This document shows, piece by piece, positions 49,272 to 59,025 of a stretch of 64,000 nucleotides of DNA. This DNA comes from Candidatus Methylomirabilales bacterium. GTDB taxonomy: Bacteria; Methylomirabilota; Methylomirabilia; Methylomirabilales; CSP1-5. Where the stretch lies: contig JBHIAH010000002.1 of assembly GCA_046758505.1 (NCBI GenBank), forward strand, positions 1 to 64,000. Direction: 5' to 3'. Position 1 is the stretch's first letter. Each line of letters starts with the position of its first letter. The notes under the pieces were generated by a model. It was not told the origin of the DNA and ran no database searches. It saw only the letters and a list, made by a program, of their open reading frames with translations. The position numbers were made by a program, and so were the translations under genes.

Positions 49272-49865
49272 ATTTTCCAACCTCCTCCCGACCTTCACAT
49301 CCCCGACCTTTTTCGAGGAGCCAGGCCATGCGATTCGTGAGCGGACGACCGCCCACGGCCTCGAAGGTTTCGCCACGGCGTAGGCCCGCCTTCGGCTCCC
49401 CACCCGAGGGCAACCCCCACACACTACGCCCTCTAGCAAAAGATGGGCCACAAAACCCTCCCGCGGGCGGAGTCCGCCGTGCCAAACAACCATCCGGAGG
49501 TCCCGCAACTTCGAGGTGATTCCCCCTGCGCCGCAGCCTCTACGGTGGGTGCCAACAACCCATTGTTTTTAAACGCTCGTAGTGGCTTGATGGTTCCCTG
49601 GAAAGACCGTGTGTGACGTCAGCTCAGCAAGAGGGAGGCAGCAGTCGGCAGACATGGACCCTTACAATCTTGGCCAGATGGGATACACCTGAAGGGCACA
49701 GTCCGGGGACGCCAGTCCGAGAGGGTATGGCAAGTTGCCTTGCCGCGGCCTCGGTCTCGTCGGAGCCCTCGAGGTCTAGGATAATCTTCTGCACATAGCC
49801 CCTGACCGTCGCCACGCGGGAGCCGATTCGTCCGGCGATTTGGCGGGTAGTCTCGTCGCCCGGGA

Positions 49866-50660
49866 TCAGGCGAACGACCCCTCCCCCTTCCTCCCGATCG
49901 CGATGAACCAGGTCTGCAGGAACATGAGTTCTTTATCACGGAGGAACGGGCGCGTCCCGGAGGCTTGCAACCCTTGCAGCTCTTGCGTCAGTTCCTCGAC
50001 GACTCTGTGCCGCACCTCGGGCTCGGGCTCTGTCAATGTCAGCCAGCGGTCGACATTGACCTCGACCTCTCGCGCGACCGTGCGGACGATGTCGAGTCCC
50101 ACCTGCATCAGGAGCCGGTGCACCCCGCTCGCCGGGAGGGCCCGCGCATGCGAAGGGTCCCGCATCCGTTCCAATCGGTTGTACGCTTCGGCGAGGGTGC
50201 CGTCCTCGGGGGCAACCAGGTCGATAACGACAACCTGTCCACGGGGGCGGCACACGCGCACCATTTCCTGCACCGGAGGGAGTGGATCCTCGAAGTGGTG
50301 AATCGCAAAGCGGCTGACGACCAGATCAAATGCACCCGTCGGATATGGGAGGGCCTCGGCACGTCCTTGTGCGAAGACCATGTTTGTGATCCCGTCTTGT
50401 TCGGTCTGACGGCTCCCCTCGAGGAGCATTTCCGGTGTGGCGTCCAATGCGACGACCTGTTTTACGTAGGGGGCAATGGCACGACCGAGGTGACCCGTCC
50501 CGGCCGCTACGTCCAGGACGGCGAAGTGAGGTTCCAGATCCAGATTGCTCACCATCCATTGCAGGTGTTCAGGACTGGTCAGGGTATACCCCGGCTCCCC
50601 AAAGCGAGGGGCCTGCCTGCCAAATTCTCTTCGCACGATCTCGTGATGGTTCTCTTTCAT
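49866..50660 (-). CDS. Class I SAM-dependent methyltransferase
   Basis: VLDVAAGTG, AEALPY, FDLVVSRFAIHH. Confidence 0.92.
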   Translation of the reverse strand: MKENHHEIVRREFGRQAPRFGEPGYTLTSPEHLQWMVSNLDLEPHFAVLDVAAGTGHLGRAIAPYVKQVVALDATPEMLLEGSRQTEQDGITNMVFAQGRAEALPYPTGAFDLVVSRFAIHHFEDPLPPVQEMVRVCRPRGQVVVIDLVAPEDGTLAEAYNRLERMRDPSHARALPASGVHRLLMQVGLDIVRTVAREVEVNVDRWLTLTEPEPEVRHRVVEELTQELQGLQASGTRPFLRDKELMFLQTWFIAIGRKGEGSFA

Positions 50661-50740
50661 CTTCCAGGATCCCCCGCCTCACGATCTGCTTGGTTCGTCA
50701 CCCCGGCCAACGGGCTTTTCCCGCCTCACGCCTCACGTTC

Positions 50741-51226
50741 TTACGACCCTCGGATACGGGTCAGGGCAACGTAGAGGTGATGCGCTTCATGTAGCAGAAA
50801 GAACTCGATCCACATGGGGATCGTCATCTCGCCGAAGCGAGGGTGCACACCGGTCCGGTTGAGCTGGCCAGGAGAAAGATTGTTGACGAGCGCGATGAGG
50901 TCCCGCCTGAGCGCCTGAAGGCGCCGCACCACTTCATCGGTGGGCAATGCCGCCCACGTCGGCCACGCCGGATCCTCCTCGGCCCGGTACCGCGGGAGAT
51001 GCGGCGTGTCCTCGGCAAGCATGCGCTGGACCCGTTCGAGAAAGACCTGGTGATGACGGGCGAGGTGGGCGAGGTTCTCATGCGCCGACCACTTGCCCGA
51101 GGCCGGCCGCCCTGTCAGCGCCTCAGGAGTCGTTGTGTCGAGGAGAAGGGGGAGGGCCCCCTCCAGTTGCGTCTCGAGTCGAGCGGCGGCGGAAGGGCTG
51201 AGTCCCCTCATACCGGCGTCCTCCAC
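50741..51226 (-). CDS. DinB-family protein
   Basis: GKWSAHENLAHL, HEAHHL. Confidence 0.88.
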   Translation of the reverse strand: MEDAGMRGLSPSAAARLETQLEGALPLLLDTTTPEALTGRPASGKWSAHENLAHLARHHQVFLERVQRMLAEDTPHLPRYRAEEDPAWPTWAALPTDEVVRRLQALRRDLIALVNNLSPGQLNRTGVHPRFGEMTIPMWIEFFLLHEAHHLYVALTRIRGS

Positions 51227-51238
51227 TTACTTCCTGCA

Positions 51239-52621
51239 TCAATCGCCATTGATCGGACCGGGACCGACCGGACCGATCTCTGCGTGCGCGGGCTCCCAGC
51301 GCGTGGAACGGCAGCGCCTCTGCAGGAGGATCATGCGGACGAGCCAGTCCAGGAGGAAGGCCCACCAGATATAGGCTACACTGAGGCCCCACCAGGCGGC
51401 GGCTGCGGCCACAGGGACCCGGACCCCCCAGATGCCAAGGACGGTGACCCGCAGGATATATGGAGTATCCCCCGCCCCCCGGAGGGCCCCCTGAAGCACC
51501 AACGTCACCGCGAGGGGGATCTGACTGACCGCGGCGATCCGAAGGAAGATGATCCCCAGCCGGATCACCTCCTGATCCGCGGTGAACAGGCGGAGGAGGG
51601 GCCCGGGAAAGAGGAAGAAGACGAGGCCCATCCCGCCCATGAAGAGGATGCCCAGCCGGTTGGCCTCCGCCATCCCCACGCGGGCCCGGAGTATATCCCC
51701 TCCCCCCACGCTCTGTCCGACCAGGGTCGCGGCGGCCACCCCGATCGCCAACCCCGGCATGAACGAGAAGGATTCGACGTTCACCCCCAACTGGTGCGTG
51801 GCAAAGGCGGCGGTCCCGTACAAGAGCAGGATCTTGGCATAGACCGCCTGGCCTGCCTGCCACACGATCCGGTCTATGGCGATCGGCCAGCCGACGCGCA
51901 CGATGGGGCGGATACAGGCCGTCTCCCATCTCCCCCGGGCCAGATATCCCTTGGCCCACCCCTGCCACCAGAAGAGGAGGACCCCCACCACCTCTGCGGA
52001 GGCAACCGCGATGGCCGCCCCTTGAACCCCGAGCGCGGGCAGACCGAGGTAGCCATAAATCAAAGGAATGGCCAGGCTGACGTGGAAGAGGTTCAGGATC
52101 AGGACGATCTGCATCGGGGTCCGGGTATCGCCGGCCCCGTGCATCGTAGAGGTCAGGACATAGATCAAGCCGGTGGCGGGAAAAGCCAGAAATACCCACC
52201 GACAGTACTCCGATACCAGAACCTGCACCGACGCCGACGCTCCAAACACGCTCGCGGCGTCTGCGGCAAACGCCAACCCGGCCGCGGCGAGGGGAACGGT
52301 CAGGACCAGTGTTGCGAGGAGTCCATGAACCGCGATCCGCCCCGCCTCCGCCCGCCGGGCCGCCCCCCACCGCTGGGCCACCGTGACCATGGTGCCGGTG
52401 CTGACCCCCCACACGAGCGTCAAGCCGATAAAGACCAGGAGCTGGCCCAGCCCGACGGCCGCAACCGCAGAGGCGCCGAGTCCGCCCACCAGGAAGATGT
52501 CCACCGCGGTCACCATCCGGTGGAGCAGGTTGGAGACGGCGACGGGCAGGGCGAGGCGGAGGACCTCTCGCCGGATCTCCGCCCTATGCAGCACTTTATC
52601 GTGCGTCAACACCCTCTCCAC
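51239..52621 (-). CDS. MATE-family efflux transporter
   Basis: RLALP, DIFLVG, GAGDTRTPM, GVQGAAIA, LRGAGDT. Confidence 0.93.
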   Translation of the reverse strand: MERVLTHDKVLHRAEIRREVLRLALPVAVSNLLHRMVTAVDIFLVGGLGASAVAAVGLGQLLVFIGLTLVWGVSTGTMVTVAQRWGAARRAEAGRIAVHGLLATLVLTVPLAAAGLAFAADAASVFGASASVQVLVSEYCRWVFLAFPATGLIYVLTSTMHGAGDTRTPMQIVLILNLFHVSLAIPLIYGYLGLPALGVQGAAIAVASAEVVGVLLFWWQGWAKGYLARGRWETACIRPIVRVGWPIAIDRIVWQAGQAVYAKILLLYGTAAFATHQLGVNVESFSFMPGLAIGVAAATLVGQSVGGGDILRARVGMAEANRLGILFMGGMGLVFFLFPGPLLRLFTADQEVIRLGIIFLRIAAVSQIPLAVTLVLQGALRGAGDTPYILRVTVLGIWGVRVPVAAAAAWWGLSVAYIWWAFLLDWLVRMILLQRRCRSTRWEPAHAEIGPVGPGPINGD

Positions 52622-52623
52622 TT

Positions 52624-52760
52624 ATTTCGAATTGCGAATTTCGGATTTCGGATTGAAATGCAGATCTCAGGTTCAGCACTTCGAAATCCGCAATCCCAAA
52701 TCCGAAATCCCGGAGGCGATTTGCTGATTGCTGACCGCTGACTGCTGACGGCCGACCGCT
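52624..52760. repeat. Inverted heptamer arrays (CGGATTT/AAATCCG and GCTGAC..)
   Basis: TTTCGAATTGCGAATTTCGGATTTCGGATT ... GAAATCCGCAATCCCAAATCCGAAAT, then GCTGATT-GCTGACC-GCTGACT-GCTGACG. Confidence 0.75.
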
Positions 52761-52792
52761 ACGGGCTCGCAAGCTGTCTCATCGGTCGTCGG

Positions 52793-54262
52793 TCACCGGT
52801 CGTCGCGGCGCGAAAGCGCCCGGCCGCGGGCCAGCCCATACAGCCACTCGTACTCCCTGGCAGCGTGCTCCCAAGAAAAGTGGCATGCCATGGCGTTCTG
52901 CATGAGGCACTTCCAGAGCTCCTTCCGGTGGAAAAGGGTGAGTGCCTCCCGGACGGCCTGCAAGAGATCCTCGGTCCCGGCCTGCCGGAAGGTAAACCCG
53001 TTTCCCGTGCGCGCCGCGGGATCAAAGGGGGTGATGGTGTCGCCCAGCCCCCCGGTGTCCCGGACGACGGGAATCGTGCCGTAGGCGAGACTGTACATCT
53101 GGGTCAGTCCGCAGGGTTCATACCGGGACGGCATGAGAAAGATGTCGGCCCCCGCCTCGATCTTATGACTCATGGCGACATCCAGGCCGATCCGCACTGC
53201 AAGCTTGGTGGGAAATTTCCGCTGCAACTCCTGGAGCCTCCGCTCGAGCTTCACGTCCCCCGTCCCCAGCAGGACCATCTGGAGATCGAGGCGCAACAGA
53301 TCCTCCCCCACCCCGGCGATGAGGTCGATGCCCTTCTGATCCACGAGCCGTGAGATCACGCCCACGAGGGGCAGCTCTGCCCGGGTCGGCAGTCCCATGA
53401 TCTCCTGAATGTCCACTTTACAGGCCGCCTTTCCCGTCAGATCGTCCGCGGAATACGCGGCCACGAGATAGGGATCGGCCCGAGGGTTCCACTCGTGATA
53501 GTCCACGCCATTCAGCACGCCGTAGAGATCCGCCGCCCGGCGCCGGGGGAGGTCCTGGAGGCCGCACCCGAACTCGGCCGTCTGAATCTCCTGGCTGTAT
53601 GTGCGACTGACGGTGCTGAGCAGGTCGGCGCACACCAGGCCGGCCTTCAGGAAATTCACCCTGCCCCAAAATTCCATCCCGTCGAGCGTAAACAGGGGAT
53701 CGGGCAGGCCGGTGAGGGGGAACACGTCGGCCGGAAAGAGTCCCTGGTATCCCAGGTTGTGGATCGTGAGCACGCTGGCGATATCCGCAAAAAAAAGATC
53801 CCTCCCGTAGACCGTCTTCAGGTAGGCCGGGATGAGGCTGCTCTGCCAGTCGTGGCAGTGGATCACGTCGGGCTTCCAGTTGAGGACCCTGACCGCTTCC
53901 AGCATGCCCCGGGAGAAAAAGATGAACCGTTCGGCGTTGTCGGGATAATCCTCTCCGTGCTCCTGGTACAAACCCTCCCGGTCATAAAATCGCTCATGAT
54001 CGATTAGGATGACGCGCACCCCCTCACTGTGTGTTTCCCAGAGGCAAGCTGCCTCCGTCCGATCTCCCAGGGGGACTTCGATTCCCTCCGGACGACGCGC
54101 CAGGGCATATTTCTCGGCGTCGATGGCCCCGTATTTGGGGAGAAACGCCGTCACCCGATGCCCCCGCCCCGCCAGGACGGCCGGAAGGGCCCCGGCGACG
54201 TCGGCCAATCCCCCCGTCTTGGCAAAGGGGGTCATCTCCGATGCAGCCGAGACGATCCGCAC
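52793..54262 (-). CDS. glgA: Glycogen synthase
   Basis: KTGGLADV, HCHDWQ, TIHNLGYQG, SRLVDQKG, MPSRYEPCGL. Confidence 0.97.
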   Translation of the reverse strand: MRIVSAASEMTPFAKTGGLADVAGALPAVLAGRGHRVTAFLPKYGAIDAEKYALARRPEGIEVPLGDRTEAACLWETHSEGVRVILIDHERFYDREGLYQEHGEDYPDNAERFIFFSRGMLEAVRVLNWKPDVIHCHDWQSSLIPAYLKTVYGRDLFFADIASVLTIHNLGYQGLFPADVFPLTGLPDPLFTLDGMEFWGRVNFLKAGLVCADLLSTVSRTYSQEIQTAEFGCGLQDLPRRRAADLYGVLNGVDYHEWNPRADPYLVAAYSADDLTGKAACKVDIQEIMGLPTRAELPLVGVISRLVDQKGIDLIAGVGEDLLRLDLQMVLLGTGDVKLERRLQELQRKFPTKLAVRIGLDVAMSHKIEAGADIFLMPSRYEPCGLTQMYSLAYGTIPVVRDTGGLGDTITPFDPAARTGNGFTFRQAGTEDLLQAVREALTLFHRKELWKCLMQNAMACHFSWEHAAREYEWLYGLARGRALSRRDDR

Positions 54263-54500
54263 GCTCTTCTCCGGAAAAAAGGAACGGGGATCACACTTCC
54301 GATCCCCGTCCGACAATGCTGCTTTATATCGTGCACCCCCACCCCTGTCAAGGTGAAAGGCCGAATTGCCTATGCAGTGGGCACCCCGTTCTCGCGGGCG
54401 GGCTCTGTGCTCTCTTTTTAGGCGATTTCGGTCCGGCCTGGTTCGCCCCCATTCGCACCTTTCTCCGTAATAGCAGCGAGTTACCGTTCTTCACCTCCAC

Positions 54501-54516
54501 TGGCATGGCGGATGCT
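54501..54516 (+). promoter_or_regulatory. sigma54 -24/-12 promoter of the amt operon
   Basis: TGGCAT-GGCGG-ATGCT with correct GG/GC spacing. Confidence 0.6.
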
Positions 54517-54607
54517 TCTCTTCGCGCCGACCACAAGCGACCGTTGTGCGATGGTGGGGGAATCCTTGATTGAACGCCTCAGGGGAACGTAGAAGGGAGG
54601 AGAAACT

Positions 54608-56497
54608 GTGACGCGGAAGAGAGCGCTCTACAGCGTGGGTCTTGCCGCTCTGGTGGTGATTCTGGTTCCGGGGATCGCCCTCGCCCAGCAGGCGGCGCCC
54701 ACCATCGACACCCTGCTGAAGGACGTGACCAGCCTCAAGGTCGACTCCAAGGTGGCCATGGACACGGTGTGGACCCTGATCACCGCCTTTCTCGTCATGT
54801 TCATGGCCGCAGGGTTCGCCCTGCTCGAGTCCGGATTTTGCCGTTCGAAAAACACCGCCAACATCCTGGCGAAGAATTTTGTGGTGTATGCCGTCACGGG
54901 CATCGCCTTCTTAGTCATCGGCTGGGGGATTATGTTCGGCGACGGCACCGGCTTTATGGGTCTGAAGGGGCTCTGGTTCCTCAGCGGTCCCGACAACAGC
55001 CCGGCCACCGGAGACGCCTATAAGGGGGTCTACAGCTCTATCAACTGGACCGGGATCCCGCTCGAGGCCAAGTTCCTCTTCCAGATGGTCTTTGCCGCGA
55101 CCGCCGCGACGATCGTCTCGGGGGCCGTGGCCGAGCGGGTCAAGTTCGGCGCCTTCTTTCTCTTTTCCTTTCTCATCGGCGGCCTGCTCTACCCGATCAC
55201 CGGTCACTGGATCTGGGGAGGGGGCTGGCTCGCCGAGCGCGGGATGTGGGACTTTGCGGGTTCCACCGTGGTCCACTCGGTCGGCGGCTGGGCCGCCCTC
55301 GCCGGCGCCATCATGCTGGGACCGCGCATCGGCAAGTATACGAAGGACGGACGGATCAACCCCATCCCCGGCCACAGCCTCACCTCCGCGACGCTTGGCG
55401 TCTTTATCCTCTGGTTTGGCTGGTTCGGATTCAACCCGGGCAGCACTATGGGGGCGGATTGGGGGGCCATCGGCCACATCGCCGCCACCACGAACACCGC
55501 CGCGGCCGCGGGGGTGATCAGCGCCACGTTCACCGCCTGGGTCCTCCTCGGCAAGCCGGACCTCACCATGGCCCTGAACGGGGGGGTAGCCGGCCTGGTG
55601 GCGATTACGGCGCCGTGTGCCTTCGTCAGCCTGGGAAGCTCGCTGGCGATCGGCCTTGTGGCCGGGATCCTCGTGGTCCTGTCGGTCCTCTTCTTCGACC
55701 GCATCAAGGTGGACGATCCGGTGGGCGCGATCTCTGCCCACCTGGCGTGCGGGGCATGGGGCACTCTCGCCCTTGGGCTCTTTGCGCAGGACAAGTTCAT
55801 GCCGGGCACCACCGGCAACGGCCTGTTCTTCGGGGGCGGTTCGGGGCTCTTCCAGGCGCAGCTCATCGGGGTGCTCGCTGTGGGCGCATTCATCTTCCCG
55901 GCCTCCATGGTCGGCTGGGGGCTCCTGAAGGGATTCATGGGCATTCGGGTTGGCCCGGAGGAGGAGATGGAGGGCCTGGACATCAACGAGCACGGACTTC
56001 TCGCCTATCCGGACTTTCAGATCGCCACGGCGGCTCGCATGCCCCGGGGTGCGGTGACGGCGGCAGCGCCGGCGACACCGGCCCCCGAGGCGGCGGAGCC
56101 CGTGCGGCGCCCCGCCGCGGCCTTTGCCGGTGCGGGCGGCGGAGTGCGGACCCCGCCCCGCCCCGGTGCGTCACGCACGCCACCCGGCCCGGGCCACGCC
56201 CCCCCCGCCCGCGGAGCGCCTGTCGCCGCGGCCGGACCCGCCCTCAAAGAACAACCGTTCAGGATCGTGGTCCGGGGGGTGGAGAAGAAGGCCCTGCGGG
56301 AGCTATGGCAGCGTCTCTGCTACGAATATCCCCACAACACGCCACAGGACTTCAACGAGATCTACGGATACGTGCAGAGCTTTCGGGACGATGCCTTCTC
56401 TTTCAAGGAGGGGGATCCGAAGCAGTTCCGAGATACGATCGAAAACCTTTTGTACATCCACGGCATCGAAGGGGCCGTGGTCACGGCAGAGCGCTGA
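54608..56497 (+). CDS. amt: Ammonium transporter with a Pro/Ala linker and an extra C-terminal domain
   Basis: GFALLESG, SGAVAER, DFAGSTVVH, WFGFNPGS, DDPVGAISAH; extension of about 150 aa. Confidence 0.95.
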   Translation: MTRKRALYSVGLAALVVILVPGIALAQQAAPTIDTLLKDVTSLKVDSKVAMDTVWTLITAFLVMFMAAGFALLESGFCRSKNTANILAKNFVVYAVTGIAFLVIGWGIMFGDGTGFMGLKGLWFLSGPDNSPATGDAYKGVYSSINWTGIPLEAKFLFQMVFAATAATIVSGAVAERVKFGAFFLFSFLIGGLLYPITGHWIWGGGWLAERGMWDFAGSTVVHSVGGWAALAGAIMLGPRIGKYTKDGRINPIPGHSLTSATLGVFILWFGWFGFNPGSTMGADWGAIGHIAATTNTAAAAGVISATFTAWVLLGKPDLTMALNGGVAGLVAITAPCAFVSLGSSLAIGLVAGILVVLSVLFFDRIKVDDPVGAISAHLACGAWGTLALGLFAQDKFMPGTTGNGLFFGGGSGLFQAQLIGVLAVGAFIFPASMVGWGLLKGFMGIRVGPEEEMEGLDINEHGLLAYPDFQIATAARMPRGAVTAAAPATPAPEAAEPVRRPAAAFAGAGGGVRTPPRPGASRTPPGPGHAPPARGAPVAAAGPALKEQPFRIVVRGVEKKALRELWQRLCYEYPHNTPQDFNEIYGYVQSFRDDAFSFKEGDPKQFRDTIENLLYIHGIEGAVVTAER

Positions 56498-56528
56498 TCC
56501 CGAAAGAGAGGCCGGGGAGGAGAGAGAA

Positions 56529-58139
56529 ATGATTGGATGGATCATTCTGATCGGTATCCTCGCAGCAGTGATCATCGCGGCATTTACCGCCTGGTACGTC
56601 AAGACGCCGGTAAACAACGCCTTCATCCGGACCGGCTTCGGTGGCAAGAAGGTGGTCATCGACGGCGGCGCGGTCGTATTGCCCTGGGTCCAAAGCATTC
56701 AGTGGATTTCCCTCGAGACCTTCAAGCTCCAGGTCTTCAAGGCGAAGAAAGAGGCCTTCATCACCAAGGACCGCCTGCGGGTGGACCTCGGGGCTGAATT
56801 CTACGTGAAGATCTCAGCCGACCCGGAGAGCATCGAACGGGCCTCCCGCAGCTTGGGGGATAAGTCCTTCAGCGCCGAGGGGATCCAGTCCCTCGTGGAG
56901 GAGAAGCTGGTCTCGGCGCTGCGGTCGGCGGCAGCCCAGATGGAGATGGTTTATATGCACGAGAATCGCCGCGGCTTCGCCCTCAGCGTCATGGAACATC
57001 TTGGAGAACCGTTGATGCTCAACGGGCTTGGACTCGAGGATGTTTCAATCTTCCACTTCGACCAGACCGACCGGGCCCAGCTCGATCCTCACAACATCTT
57101 CGACGCCGAGGGCCTCCGCCAGATCGCCGCCCAGGTCTCCCAGCGCAACCGAGAGCGGAATGAGATCGAACGGAACACCGAGGTGGGCATCAAGCGCAAG
57201 GATGTGGAGGCGGTCAAGCTCAAACTCTCGCTCGACCAGGATCGGGAATTCGCCGAGGCCGAGCAGATGCGCCAGGTGGACACCAACCGGTCCCTCCAGA
57301 AGGCCGAGACCGAACAGTACAAGTTCGAGCAGGACCGGCGAACCCGGGAGGCGGAAATCGCCAAGCAGCGTGCCGTCCGGGAGGCAGAGATCGTGCAGGA
57401 GAAGGCGGTGCGCGAGGCAGAGATCCGCCGCGAAGCGTACCTGATTCAGCAGATGGAGCTCCGCGAGACGGCCGAGGTGGAAAAGGAGCGGGTGGTCGAG
57501 GAGACAAAACGGGCCAAAGAGATCGCCATCCTGGTCAAGGAGCGACAGCGGATCGAGGAGGAGAAGCGGCGGCTGGAGGCCGAGGCCGTCAAGGAGCTGT
57601 CGGCCCAGGAGGTGGTGACGGTGGCCGAAAAGGCCTCGGCCGAGCGCCAGAAGGTCATCGCCCTCATCCAGGCCCTCCGGGAAGTCGAGGTGGCCGAGCA
57701 AAAAGCCCGCGCGGTCGAACGACTGGCGCTCTCCAAACAGCGGGAGGGCGAGGCCGACGCAGCCGCCCGTTTGAAGATGGTAGAGACCGAGAACCACCTC
57801 CAGGACAAGGTCATTCAGCGGGATGTCCTGCTGCGCTTTATCGACAGGGCGCCCCAGATCTTGGGCGAGATGATGGCCCCGGCCCGGCAGATCGACAGCA
57901 TCAAGGTCTTGGACGTTCGGGGCTTGGGCGGCAACGGCGAGGGGGCAGGCCCAGACGTCTCCGGCATCAGTCGCGTGGTGAACTCCTTCCTCAACGCCGG
58001 GGCCGCGCTGCCGCTCCTCAGGGAATTTCTGGACTTCGCCAAGATGGATCCGGAAGGCATGCTCAAGAAGGTGGCGGCGCAGATCCCCGGAGCCAAGGAG
58101 GCCGTCGAGCCGCCATCAGCGAAGGGATCGGGGAAATAA
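56529..58139 (+). CDS. Flotillin/SPFH-family protein
   Basis: N-terminal TM, IRTGFGGKKVV, ITKDRLRVD, FDAEGL, EA-rich coiled coil, IDSIKV. Confidence 0.92.
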   Translation: MIGWIILIGILAAVIIAAFTAWYVKTPVNNAFIRTGFGGKKVVIDGGAVVLPWVQSIQWISLETFKLQVFKAKKEAFITKDRLRVDLGAEFYVKISADPESIERASRSLGDKSFSAEGIQSLVEEKLVSALRSAAAQMEMVYMHENRRGFALSVMEHLGEPLMLNGLGLEDVSIFHFDQTDRAQLDPHNIFDAEGLRQIAAQVSQRNRERNEIERNTEVGIKRKDVEAVKLKLSLDQDREFAEAEQMRQVDTNRSLQKAETEQYKFEQDRRTREAEIAKQRAVREAEIVQEKAVREAEIRREAYLIQQMELRETAEVEKERVVEETKRAKEIAILVKERQRIEEEKRRLEAEAVKELSAQEVVTVAEKASAERQKVIALIQALREVEVAEQKARAVERLALSKQREGEADAAARLKMVETENHLQDKVIQRDVLLRFIDRAPQILGEMMAPARQIDSIKVLDVRGLGGNGEGAGPDVSGISRVVNSFLNAGAALPLLREFLDFAKMDPEGMLKKVAAQIPGAKEAVEPPSAKGSGK

Positions 58140-58143
58140 GGTC

Positions 58144-58767
58144 GTGTCGTATCGCCTCCTGCTCATAGAGGAGAGCTCCTCTGCCCTGACCTTCCTCCAG
58201 GAGACGCTCCGACGGCTCGGCTATGCGGTGGTCGGCGAGGCTACCCATGGCCAGCAGGGACTCCAACTGACCCGAACCCTCCAACCCGATCTGATATTTT
58301 TGGCGGTGGATCTGCAGGGGGTCTGTGGCCTCACCGTCGCAACCCAGATCATGAAGGAGACCCCCACACCCATCATCCTCCTGGCCTGCACCCGGGATGC
58401 CACCACAATCCGTCGGGCCACCCAGGCGGGGGTGATGGCCTACCTGATCAAGCCAATACGTGGGCACGAGCTCCAGGCCACCATCGAGCTGGCCATTGCC
58501 AGGTTCCGGGAGTTCATGACGCTCTGGAAGGACAACCAGCACCTGCGGAGGGCCTTGGAGGCGCGCAAGGCGATCGAACGCGCCAAGGGGTTGCTCATGG
58601 CCCGCCACGGGATGACCGAGGCAGAGGCCTTCAGCTCGATCCAGCGACAGAGCATGAAGACTCGAACCCCCATGGAACAAGTCGCCGAGGCCATTCTGGT
58701 CGGGGAGGCAGTCGCGGCGGCTGCAACGGATCCACGTCCCGCGGCATCTTCGCAACCGGGACCCTAG
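58144..58767 (+). CDS. ANTAR-domain regulator with a pseudo-receiver domain (NasT/AmiR-like)
   Basis: RKAIERAKGLLM...TEAEAF ANTAR; the receiver has PDLIFLA in place of PDLxxxD. Confidence 0.92.
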   Translation: MSYRLLLIEESSSALTFLQETLRRLGYAVVGEATHGQQGLQLTRTLQPDLIFLAVDLQGVCGLTVATQIMKETPTPIILLACTRDATTIRRATQAGVMAYLIKPIRGHELQATIELAIARFREFMTLWKDNQHLRRALEARKAIERAKGLLMARHGMTEAEAFSSIQRQSMKTRTPMEQVAEAILVGEAVAAAATDPRPAASSQPGP

Positions 58768-58889
58768 CGGAGCCAGCACAGAGCTCTGACCGTCACGAGA
58801 GGGAAACACCCGACGAATCCGAAAGACTTCGATGGCACCGGTGAGGGTCTCGCGTGCGCCGGTGCCCCGACACGCGCGGAGGTTCCGGT

Positions 58890-58955
58890 CGCTGCAACGG
58901 CGCAGCGGCGGGAGAGGCAAGGGCGCCTCACAGAGGAGGCGCCCTTGTGTTTTTT
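58890..58955 (+). promoter_or_regulatory. ANTAR twin-hairpin target overlapping an intrinsic terminator
   Basis: P1 GCTGC-AACGGC-GCAGC, P2 GGC-AAGGGC-GCC; P2 overlaps the terminator CAAGGGCGCCTC/GAGGCGCCCTTG-TGTTTTTT. Confidence 0.85.
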
Positions 58956-59025
58956 CGTGACACAGACCGAGATGACCGGCACCGTGGGAAGCGAGTACAA
59001 CCTGTACGAAAAAGGAGACGGTGAC

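Noticed and set aside
49469..49484. TGGCAC on the minus strand upstream of REC-PilZ
   Set aside because: No GC at the -12 position, so not called a sigma54 promoter
49624..49815. 63-aa ORF
   Set aside because: No motif or clear RBS
54517..54607. Search for a second ANTAR target in the amt leader
   Set aside because: No twin hexaloop hairpins or terminator found
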